Assembly: GCA_030149205.1 (NCBI GenBank)
Contig: JASBSB010000005.1
Location: 50,523 to 82,522 of the forward strand
DNA length: 32,000 bases
Source: Candidatus Heimdallarchaeota archaeon
GTDB taxonomy: Archaea; Asgardarchaeota; Heimdallarchaeia; Heimdallarchaeales; Kariarchaeaceae
Reading direction: 5' to 3'
The stretch's first letter is position 1. Each line of letters opens with the position of its first letter. Below are positions 20,433-28,232 of this stretch, one piece after another. The notes beneath the pieces were generated by a model. It had not been told where the DNA came from and searched no databases. It saw only the letters and a program-made list of their open reading frames with translations. Both the position numbers and the translations under genes were made by a program.

Positions 20433-20456
20433 ATGTAAACAACTTTATTGTAACAA
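20433..20456 (+). promoter_or_regulatory. Candidate operator upstream of tusA
   Basis: ATGTAAACAA and TTGTAACAA near-palindromes resembling those at 18790-18809. Confidence 0.3.
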
Positions 20457-20489
20457 GTGTGATTTGTTTGCACTTGAAGGTGAAGATAA

Positions 20490-20738
20490 ATGAGTGAATT
20501 AAATCAAATCAAACCTGCTGTAGTAATAGATGCTAGGGGAAGTGCTTGCCCTGGTCCAATTCTTGAAGCTAAGAAAGGAATAAGAAAAGTCAAAGTCGGA
20601 GAAATTCTTGAGGTAAGATCAAGTGATGAGGGAACTAAGCATGATCTTCCAATTTGGGTAAAGAGGTCTGGACACGAATTTCTAGGTATGGTAGAAGCAG
20701 AGGGTTACACCCGATTGTTCATAAAGAGGATGAAGTAA
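20490..20738 (+). CDS. tusA: TusA/SirA-family sulfur carrier
   Basis: IDARGSACPGPILEAKK, GEILEV.SSDEGTKHDLP.W. SD GAAGGTGA. Confidence 0.92.
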   Translation: MSELNQIKPAVVIDARGSACPGPILEAKKGIRKVKVGEILEVRSSDEGTKHDLPIWVKRSGHEFLGMVEAEGYTRLFIKRMK

Positions 20739-20764
20739 CCTGGTTCTTTGAAGAGGTGGTCTCT

Positions 20765-21196
20765 ATGAGTGAAGAACCAAGAATTTTGATTATTACGACA
20801 ACATCCTGTTCATATCCTGGTGTGGATAATGCAGGACAGAAACATCTTGAGTATTCCCCTCACAGCTATGTGTTAAATGTTCCTGACCCAGTGATGTTTC
20901 CAATATCCTTCTATTTAAAGGCATTTGATCTGGGGTATGACGGCATATTTATTGCATCATGTGGAACTGATAGCCCATTTAGGAAGACCTATGACAAGCT
21001 TTCTGCTCGAATTGACGAATTAGTCAAAGAAATGAAAAAACTTGGGATTCATTACTCTCGAGTCAAACTTACCGCTATTTGTACAGTTTGCGCAGACCAC
21101 TTTGTTAAGGAACTTAAGGAATTTTCAGAGACAATTGCTACATTACCAATAACAGAGGTACCAGCGGTTGAATCTGCTGGTATGGAGAGTAGTTAA
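20765..21196 (+). CDS. mvhD: MvhD/FlpD-like iron-sulfur subunit, divergent Cys pattern
   Basis: EPRIL..CSYPGVDNAGQ.HLEY, KAF..G.DGIFIASCG, GI...RVKL..I. Start at ATG 20765 with SD GAGGTG, rather than 20654. Confidence 0.78.
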   Translation: MSEEPRILIITTTSCSYPGVDNAGQKHLEYSPHSYVLNVPDPVMFPISFYLKAFDLGYDGIFIASCGTDSPFRKTYDKLSARIDELVKEMKKLGIHYSRVKLTAICTVCADHFVKELKEFSETIATLPITEVPAVESAGMESS

Positions 21197-21197
21197 C

Positions 21198-22535
21198 ATG
21201 TATGAATATGATGCATTGATTGTGGGTGCCGGGATTTCTGGAATTCAGTCTGCCATAGATCTGGGCGATATGGGATATAAAGTTCTCATGATTGATAAAC
21301 AGTCATCAATTGGTGGTACGATGATACAGCTTAGTAAAGTGTTTCCAACCTTAGACTGTGCTTCATGTATCACAACCCCTAAGATGTCTACTGCTTTTCA
21401 TCATGATAACATTGAAGTCAGGACGTTGTGTGAGGTCAAGCATTACAAAGATTTAGAAGATGGTAGATTTGAAGTTATTCTAAAACAAAACCCACGTTTC
21501 GTTGATATGGACAAATGTACTGGATGTAATGATTGTGCAGAAGCCTGCCCTGTTGCAGCAATCGATCTTGGATATGATGAAGGCATGAGTTATAAAAAAG
21601 CTGTGGGAGTGCCATTTGCAACGGCATTACCTCAAAAGGCTGCTTTAGACATAGAAAGTTGTATTTTCTGTGGTAAGTGTGCAAATGCATGTCCAACTCA
21701 AGCCATCAATTTTGATCATAGAGAAGAAGAGATTCCTATTAATGTAGGAGCCATTGTGATCGCAACCGGGTTTTACGAAACCCCCACGATCAGAGAGAAA
21801 TATGGTGGTGGTAAATTTAAGAATGTTATAACAGGAAAACAGATGGAAAGATTGCTAGCTCCAACAGGTCCTGCTGGAGGTGTATTCCGTCCATCTGATG
21901 GAAAATCACCAGGTAGCATAGCATATGTTCAATGCGCTGGATCAAGGGATGCCACAATCGGTGTCCCTTACTGCTCCTCAATTTGTTGTATGTTTGCAAT
22001 AAAACAAGCAATGTTGTTAAGTGCAGCAGTTCCATTAGCAGAGATTACAGTCTACTATATGGATATCAGGGCATTTGGAAAAGGTTACGAAGACTTTTAT
22101 GAAGAAGCTAAGGCTATGGGTGTAGAATTTGTTAAAGGAAAGGTTGCACAAATCCATGAAGATGATGAAACTAAAGATCTAACTGTTAGTGTTGAAGTTT
22201 TTGGAGAAGATGGAGGCATTCAAAAAGTTGATCACGACCTTGTTGTTCTTTCAATGGGTGTAGTCCCACAGTGGACAGCTGACATGAGTAAAATTATTCC
22301 AGTTCAGCTTGGCCCTGATCGATTTATAAGAGAGATACGTTTCACTGAGGAACCTGGTTTGACATCAATCCCAGGTGTTTTTGCCGCTGGAATGGCAACA
22401 GGGCCAAAAGATATTGTAGATTCTATAAATTCAGGTAGTTCAGTTGCTGGAAAAGTAGCACTGTGGTTATCTGGTGGATTAAGAGAGGAATATGAGGTGC
22501 AATATATCCCTCTAATTCCTACCCTTGGGAAGTGA
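21198..22535 (+). CDS. hdrA: HdrA-like FAD/Fe-S protein 1 (inserted ferredoxin, no N-terminal domain or C-terminal ferredoxin)
   Basis: GAGISG FAD motif, SKVFPTLDCASC, CTGCNDCAEACP and CIFCGKCANACP, CAGSRD..YCSSICC, YMDIRAFGKGYEDFY. Start at ATG 21198, just after the mvhD stop. Confidence 0.93.
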   Translation: MYEYDALIVGAGISGIQSAIDLGDMGYKVLMIDKQSSIGGTMIQLSKVFPTLDCASCITTPKMSTAFHHDNIEVRTLCEVKHYKDLEDGRFEVILKQNPRFVDMDKCTGCNDCAEACPVAAIDLGYDEGMSYKKAVGVPFATALPQKAALDIESCIFCGKCANACPTQAINFDHREEEIPINVGAIVIATGFYETPTIREKYGGGKFKNVITGKQMERLLAPTGPAGGVFRPSDGKSPGSIAYVQCAGSRDATIGVPYCSSICCMFAIKQAMLLSAAVPLAEITVYYMDIRAFGKGYEDFYEEAKAMGVEFVKGKVAQIHEDDETKDLTVSVEVFGEDGGIQKVDHDLVVLSMGVVPQWTADMSKIIPVQLGPDRFIREIRFTEEPGLTSIPGVFAAGMATGPKDIVDSINSGSSVAGKVALWLSGGLREEYEVQYIPLIPTLGK

Positions 22536-22540
22536 TGATT

Positions 22541-24412
22541 ATGTCTGACAAAGAGAAAAAGGATAAAAAGAAGGCAGATAAGACTGAGGAAACTCAGCCA
22601 AGAGTTGGAGTCTATGTTTGTCACTGTGGTGGAAACATCTCAGACGTTGTAGACACATCTAAGGTTTCTAAAATAATAGGAGAAGATCCAAATGTTGCAG
22701 TTTCCAAGGATTTCATTTTCATGTGCTCTGATCCAGGACAAAAGATGATTGCAGATGATGTGAAGGCAAATCATTTGGATCATGTAATTGTGGCTTCTTG
22801 TTCTCCAAGACTTCATGAAATGACTTTCCAAAGAGTAGTCTCTGATGCAGGATTAAACCCTTTCCAGTATCAACATGTAAATATCAGGGAACAAGTTTCC
22901 TGGGTTCACTCCCATCAGCACGAGGAAGCAACAGATAAATCTATAAGGTTAATTAGAGGTGCAATTGCATCCGTGTTAGATCAACCTCCTCTTGAACCTA
23001 TCAAGAAAAAGATGATCCAAAGTGCAGCTGTAATAGGTGGGGGAGTAGCAGGTATGACAGCAGCTCTTGACCTTGCGAATAGAGATATTCCAGTTCATCT
23101 CATCGAAAAAGGACCTGTGCTAGGGGGAAACCTTCTGAACCTAGATAAACTCTATCCAATGGAAATAGATGCGAAATCATTTGCATTAAATTTAGCTGAC
23201 AAAGTTTTGAAAAACCCTGCAATTTACTTACACCTTGATACAGTGGTAGATAAAACAGAAGGGGCTATTGGTGACTTTATGCTCCAACTAAAGAAAACTG
23301 AAGAGTCAACAGTCAACAAAGAGAACTTTGCGGTTTCCCTTACAGAACCCGAAAAAAATCCAGATTATGATATTTCAGTTCTCCATGTGGGCTCATTTAT
23401 TATGGCAACTGGTCATGATCTGTATGAACCTTATGAAGGTGAATATGGTTACAAAAAATCTCCATTTGTTGTTACCCTACCTGACCTTATCAAGTATCTG
23501 AATATATACAGGGGGAACACATTCGTATACAAAGGTAAAGAGATCAAAACTGTTGCAATGATTCATTGTGTTGGAAGTCGACAGATTGAAGGAGTACATC
23601 AACCTCCCCCAAGTGGAATTCTTAATACTAATTGTTCAAGAGTCTGCTGTACCACAACACTTCAACAGGCAAATAGGTTAAAATCATTATTCCCTAAGAT
23701 CCAAATCTATGATCTCTACAGAGATATAAGAACATACGGTGAAAAGGAACACTACTATGAGGAAGCATCAAAGAATAATGTGATTTTCATAAAATATCCT
23801 GATGAAGAATCACCAGAAGTAGAAATTAACGGATCATTAAAAATAAAAACACGTGATATCATAACCTATGGATTAGAGGTAGAAATGGAGGTAGATATGA
23901 TTGTTTTGGCTGTGGGGTTAATTCCTAGGATCAAACCTCATATCATAACCGACCTCTCATTACCAACTGGTAACAATGGTTTCCTTCAGGAGGCCCATGT
24001 AAAACTTCGACCAGTTGAGAGTAGCGTTCAAGGTGTTTTTCTTGCTGGAACAGCCCAGGGGCCAAAGGATGTACGAGAGAGTACGACCACAGCCTCTGCA
24101 GCAGCAGCAAAAGCGGGTGCAATCCTTACCAAAGAAAGCATTAATTTATCTCCATTTGTTGCTGTAGTTGACACTGACAAATGCCAGGGTCATGCGCTCT
24201 GTGTGAATGAATGTGAATACAATGCAATCACAATTCATGATAAAGGTGTAGGAGAGTCAGGTGTAAAAATTGCATCTGTAGATCCTTCAGCCTGTGTTGG
24301 TTGTGGGGCTTGTGTTGCTGTGTGTCCAGAACAGGCTATCCAAGTTCAAGGATATGACATCAATAAACTTGAAAAGGAAATTTCTGCTATTATGTTGGAG
24401 GTGAAGCAATAA
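22541..24412 (+). CDS. hdrA: HdrA-like FAD/Fe-S protein 2 (N-terminal domain and C-terminal ferredoxin, no inserted ferredoxin)
   Basis: VGVYVCHCGGNI, FMCSDPGQ, ASCSPRLHE, NIREQVSWVH, GGGVAG, CVGSR..CSRVCC, CQGHALC..EC and CVGCGACVAVCP. Confidence 0.93.
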   Translation: MSDKEKKDKKKADKTEETQPRVGVYVCHCGGNISDVVDTSKVSKIIGEDPNVAVSKDFIFMCSDPGQKMIADDVKANHLDHVIVASCSPRLHEMTFQRVVSDAGLNPFQYQHVNIREQVSWVHSHQHEEATDKSIRLIRGAIASVLDQPPLEPIKKKMIQSAAVIGGGVAGMTAALDLANRDIPVHLIEKGPVLGGNLLNLDKLYPMEIDAKSFALNLADKVLKNPAIYLHLDTVVDKTEGAIGDFMLQLKKTEESTVNKENFAVSLTEPEKNPDYDISVLHVGSFIMATGHDLYEPYEGEYGYKKSPFVVTLPDLIKYLNIYRGNTFVYKGKEIKTVAMIHCVGSRQIEGVHQPPPSGILNTNCSRVCCTTTLQQANRLKSLFPKIQIYDLYRDIRTYGEKEHYYEEASKNNVIFIKYPDEESPEVEINGSLKIKTRDIITYGLEVEMEVDMIVLAVGLIPRIKPHIITDLSLPTGNNGFLQEAHVKLRPVESSVQGVFLAGTAQGPKDVRESTTTASAAAAKAGAILTKESINLSPFVAVVDTDKCQGHALCVNECEYNAITIHDKGVGESGVKIASVDPSACVGCGACVAVCPEQAIQVQGYDINKLEKEISAIMLEVKQ

Positions 24413-24702
24413 TGGGAGACAAATACTTTAAGACTGCTCTGAAGACACTGAAAGAAACTCATGGACCACCGAACGAGGAGTTTGTTGCTTCCAGCCGTGA
24501 CAGGATGAAAGTAGTTAAGGGTGTTGAGAAGGTTATGAAAACTCAACATCTAAAAACTATTCCTGAAATTGCTGAAGCAACGAACTACCCAACGGACATG
24601 ATATTTAACGCAATTAATTTCTTAATGAAGTGGAATGGGTTAAGACTTATCAATAAACGTGGTGATTATCCACAATATTCATTCGAGGTGGATGAAGAAT
24701 GA
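24412..24702 (+). CDS. Small winged-helix-like protein embedded in the operon
   Basis: 96 aa, KTIPEIAEATNYPTDMIFNAINFLMKW helix-turn-helix and GDYPQY wing. TAATG and ATGA overlaps with its neighbours; SD GGAGGTGA. Confidence 0.7.
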   Translation: MGDKYFKTALKTLKETHGPPNEEFVASSRDRMKVVKGVEKVMKTQHLKTIPEIAEATNYPTDMIFNAINFLMKWNGLRLINKRGDYPQYSFEVDEE

Positions 24703-25943
24703 GTGTTTTAAAAATAAAACCAAATCTAATTGACGAAATGCAGGACTATGGTTCATTTGATGTAAACACCTGCTTCAATTGCGGGACCTGTACAGCTACC
24801 TGCCCACTTGTAAAAGAAGATAGCCAGTTTCCTAGAATGCTTATCAGACTTGCTCAACTTGGACAATCTGATAAACTGATAGCCTCTAAAGAGTTATGGG
24901 CGTGTTATTACTGCGGTGATTGTAGCGCAAGCTGTCCGAGAGAGGCAGATCCTGCAGAATTCATGATGGCATCCAGAAGATATGCAATTGCTAATTATGA
25001 CGTGACAGGAATATCGAAATCAATTTACAAAAACAAGCTTTTGGTATTTCTCTATATGCTCATAACAGGTATTATTATAACTGCAGGGTTAGTTTATGCA
25101 GACACATCTAGATTTTTTGGGAATACCGACCACAAACTTATGGGTGGATATTATTATGAGACAATCCACTATGGTGGGCTAGTATTTGGTTCTTTGTTAG
25201 GTCTTGTAATCTTGTTGGGTGTCTATAAAATGTACAGAAACATTGATCAAACTGAGCCATTACGAAAGCAGGAAGGTTTAGATACAAAGCTTTCACTTTC
25301 TGTAAAAGCTCATCTACTTTGGACTACATTCTGGGAGACCCTGATTAACGAAGGTGCACTACAAAAGCGTTTCAAGAGAGAAGATCCAAGCACACAACCT
25401 GCACACAGACCATCTAGGTGGGTTATCCATATGACTATTGTCTGGGGATTTGTGGGATTAGCTGCAGCTACAGCATTGGATTACCTTGTTAAGGATCTAT
25501 TACTTAATGACCCCGCAGGGTTTGTTCCTATTTGGTATCCAATCAGGTTGTTAGGAATCGTTAGTGGGCTACTTATGCTGTATGGAACAAGTTACTCTCT
25601 CTACTTTAGGTGGAAGAAGGTCTCAGATTATTATAATACCAGTAATTTTGATGACTGGTTAATTCTTACATTAATCTGGTTTGTTGGGTTGACTGGATTT
25701 TTAGCAACACTCTTTGTTTATCTACCACAAAATCTAGTTTTAGGCTGGATTAATGCTGTATTGATAATCCATGTTCTCACAGTCTCATGGTTGTTCATGT
25801 TGTTACCCTTTACTAAATTTGGGCACATGATGTACAGACCATTAGCACTGTGGATTTATGATTATCAGGAACAAAAAATTGCATATGCACAGTCTCATCC
25901 CATGGAAACTCCAGAACCCTCACCGGTTCTGACAATCAGTTAA
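24699..25943 (+). CDS. QmoC-like membrane subunit: HdrC-like 2x[4Fe-4S] domain fused to a NarI/HdrE-like cytochrome b domain
   Basis: CFNCGTCTATCP and CYYCGDCSASCP, about six TM helices, His in IHY, VIHMTIVWGF, IIHV and LPFTKFGH (the last two 18 residues apart). Confidence 0.85.
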   Translation: MSVLKIKPNLIDEMQDYGSFDVNTCFNCGTCTATCPLVKEDSQFPRMLIRLAQLGQSDKLIASKELWACYYCGDCSASCPREADPAEFMMASRRYAIANYDVTGISKSIYKNKLLVFLYMLITGIIITAGLVYADTSRFFGNTDHKLMGGYYYETIHYGGLVFGSLLGLVILLGVYKMYRNIDQTEPLRKQEGLDTKLSLSVKAHLLWTTFWETLINEGALQKRFKREDPSTQPAHRPSRWVIHMTIVWGFVGLAAATALDYLVKDLLLNDPAGFVPIWYPIRLLGIVSGLLMLYGTSYSLYFRWKKVSDYYNTSNFDDWLILTLIWFVGLTGFLATLFVYLPQNLVLGWINAVLIIHVLTVSWLFMLLPFTKFGHMMYRPLALWIYDYQEQKIAYAQSHPMETPEPSPVLTIS

Positions 25944-25954
25944 GAGGTGAAAAA

Positions 25955-26320
25955 ATGACCGAAAACGACCTGTTAATAATATCAACGATTGGGCCTGAGA
26001 ACCCTGAAAAGTTACTCATGCCCTTTATTGTGGCTAATACATCATTAACATTAGATATACCTGTAACTATGTTTTTCATGTCAAGTGGTGTTGAATTAGC
26101 TCTCAAAGGCAAGGCAGAGACAATTGAAAAATTGAATGATATGCCGGATTTGCCTTCACTCTTACAGACATTTGTGTCACAAGGAGGAATTATCAAACTA
26201 TGCGGGCCATGTTGCAACCATCGTAATATTAAACCTGAAGACTTAATTGAGGGTGCTGAGATAGGAGGTGCAGCTGGTTTAGTGGATTTGGTGATGGAAA
26301 GAAAAGTACTTACGTTTTAA
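25955..26320 (+). CDS. DsrE-family sulfur-relay protein
   Basis: STIGPENPEK..MPFIVANT, VTMFFMSSGVEL..KG, IKLCGPCCNHRNI, LIEGAEIGGAAGLV. SD GAGGTGA. Confidence 0.85.
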   Translation: MTENDLLIISTIGPENPEKLLMPFIVANTSLTLDIPVTMFFMSSGVELALKGKAETIEKLNDMPDLPSLLQTFVSQGGIIKLCGPCCNHRNIKPEDLIEGAEIGGAAGLVDLVMERKVLTF

Positions 26321-26336
26321 ATGAAATATATCTTAA

Positions 26337-27071
26337 ATGATTGATAGATTCGCAGATATTACATCACATCCATTAATTGAAATTATTTCTAATGAAACAC
26401 GGTTAAAAATTTTAAAACTTATTGCCTCAGAATCTAACTATGGTAACAGACTTGCCCAAATACTTAACCTATCAACCCCGGCTGTCCATAAACATATAAA
26501 AAAATTAAAAGAAAATGTTCTTGAAATATCTAAGCGTGATAAAACTAGCTTCAGTGGTAACAAAGGTGGAGAATCAACTCATTATAAAATAAATTTGAGA
26601 TCTGGGTTGGTTTTTGCAGTTTTTCCACAGTATGTACATCTTAATTTCTATAATTATACTAAAGATGATAAAATAATTCAACCTACGATAATTCCCGACG
26701 AGGTAGATGCTCAGTTGTTTGGTGTTGAATTTAAAAATGCAGACACTACCGGGAAGGGGGACGATAATCTTGGTCAAAAAATAAAAGAGATTCATACAAT
26801 AGAACAGCAAATAATTTCAAAAGAGAACGACTTAATGAGATTATTAGCAGAAAAGAATGAGGCAATCGAACAAGCATTCAGTCAGATAGACCTTGAAAGT
26901 GCACTTGATTATGATGAACGTATAATACTAAAAAGTGTGGTTAGCTACGGAATCTCAAGCCTTCGAGAAATTTCAAACCTACTTTCAAAATCTGAAGAAG
27001 AAACCCTGAAAATCGTTCTCTCTCTAAAACAGAAAGGGTGGATAGCTGACAAGCAAATCAAACCCGTTTAA
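26337..27071 (+). CDS. ArsR-family winged-helix regulator (paralog 2, no Cys)
   Basis: ISNETRLKILKLIA...LAQILNLSTPAVHKHIKKL. Same architecture as 19365-20111; 16 nt after the DsrE gene. Confidence 0.8.
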   Translation: MIDRFADITSHPLIEIISNETRLKILKLIASESNYGNRLAQILNLSTPAVHKHIKKLKENVLEISKRDKTSFSGNKGGESTHYKINLRSGLVFAVFPQYVHLNFYNYTKDDKIIQPTIIPDEVDAQLFGVEFKNADTTGKGDDNLGQKIKEIHTIEQQIISKENDLMRLLAEKNEAIEQAFSQIDLESALDYDERIILKSVVSYGISSLREISNLLSKSEEETLKIVLSLKQKGWIADKQIKPV

Positions 27072-27243
27072 AAAATATTTTGAAGAAATTTTAGCCTGTA
27101 ATAGATTTGCGATTCTTTTTTGTAAATAGTTCATATCTTGCTAATCTATGAATTAATTCATAGATTCAGTTAATCTTAATGTTTTACCTAAATTGCCTTT
27201 TAGTGAAATGTTGTTTTATTATACACGAAAATTATTATGATAC

Positions 27244-27990
27244 TTATCTTGAAAAAAATGACCATATGAATGTCACAATAAAAGCGATGACAAGAAATTG
27301 TAACAATGTTTTCACCCAATGGGGAAGCTTTCTTTTCCGGTTATATTCGTCTCTGTCTGTCAAGTCAGTAAATCTTGGGTCACTCTCAATGAGCTCTTTT
27401 TTCTCATGTGAACTCATCTCGGAAACATGTTTTTCAAAAGGATTTGACGAACCCCCATAGGCAAACTTTCCTTTCTTTCCAGCCACACCTCCTCCAGTGA
27501 TAGTATCTTCATTAAGCTGATATTCCCTGAGTCTGTCAGGTTTTTCAATATAAAGTTTGTAAATCGTAAATCCGATAAAGATAGCCCAAAGAATCCATAA
27601 GAATCCTGGATCTAAAAAGTTGTTTGGGTTAGACCCTAGCTTCATCTCAGCATTGTCAGGAAAGCCATCGAAATCTGAATCTGGGTTGTATGGGTTGGTT
27701 CCAGTCCCCGTTCCAACAAATCCATATCCTGGAACAACGACTGGTTCCCCTGTTGGTGTTTTCTCCATGACATCTGGAATTTGATCGTTGTCACTGTCTA
27801 TAGCCAAATTCGCCCACCTCAAAGAAGAAAGTGATTTACTTAAATTGGGTAAATCTGAGAGTCGAAACCACCCTAAGACTAATTGTACAAAATACGCTAT
27901 AGAAATCATAAAAAGTAAGGTGAAAGACACTACTAACACATCTTCTTTTAGCTTGAACCATATTGTGCGAAGAGTTTCCCTTGCCTTCAC
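27244..27990 (-). CDS. Three-TM membrane protein with DxDxDG (TSP3-like) calcium-binding repeats
   Basis: DSDNDQIPD and GTNPYNPDSDFDGFPDNAE..GSNP between TM1 and TM2. GTG start. Confidence 0.7.
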   Translation of the reverse strand: MKARETLRTIWFKLKEDVLVVSFTLLFMISIAYFVQLVLGWFRLSDLPNLSKSLSSLRWANLAIDSDNDQIPDVMEKTPTGEPVVVPGYGFVGTGTGTNPYNPDSDFDGFPDNAEMKLGSNPNNFLDPGFLWILWAIFIGFTIYKLYIEKPDRLREYQLNEDTITGGGVAGKKGKFAYGGSSNPFEKHVSEMSSHEKKELIESDPRFTDLTDRDEYNRKRKLPHWVKTLLQFLVIAFIVTFIWSFFSR

Positions 27991-28232
27991 GGTATTCAGT
28001 CTCTTTGAACATTTAAATAAGTACTCTTAAATTTGACCAGTTTCACCAACAAGGATAGAAAAAATTGAAAATATATGTGGTAATACATAAAATTCCCACC
28101 GTGTATTGTCCCATATTCGTATTTTAAGCATCAGAAATCTATAATCAGGAGTTGAAGCAGAAATTAAAATAAACACGGTTTATTATGAACGTCATTCGAA
28201 ATGTATTTATTTCAGTTTAGTTTGGTTAAGGT

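Noticed and set aside
20654-20764. ORF-track start of mvhD at 20654
   Set aside because: It overlaps tusA out of frame. Homology and a GAGGTG SD support ATG 20765.
21168-21197. ORF-track start of hdrA1 at 21168
   Set aside because: It overlaps the end of mvhD. The FAD-binding strand begins right after ATG 21198.
24699-25943. Assigning the symbol qmoC and inferring sulfate reduction
   Set aside because: No aprAB, sat or dsr genes are in the window, and the HdrA domain split differs from QmoA/B, so orthology is unproven.
20490-26320. Selenocysteine recoding in the Hdr/MvhD/TusA/DsrE genes
   Set aside because: There is no in-frame TGA at any Cys position; all frames are open with Cys or ordinary substitutions.
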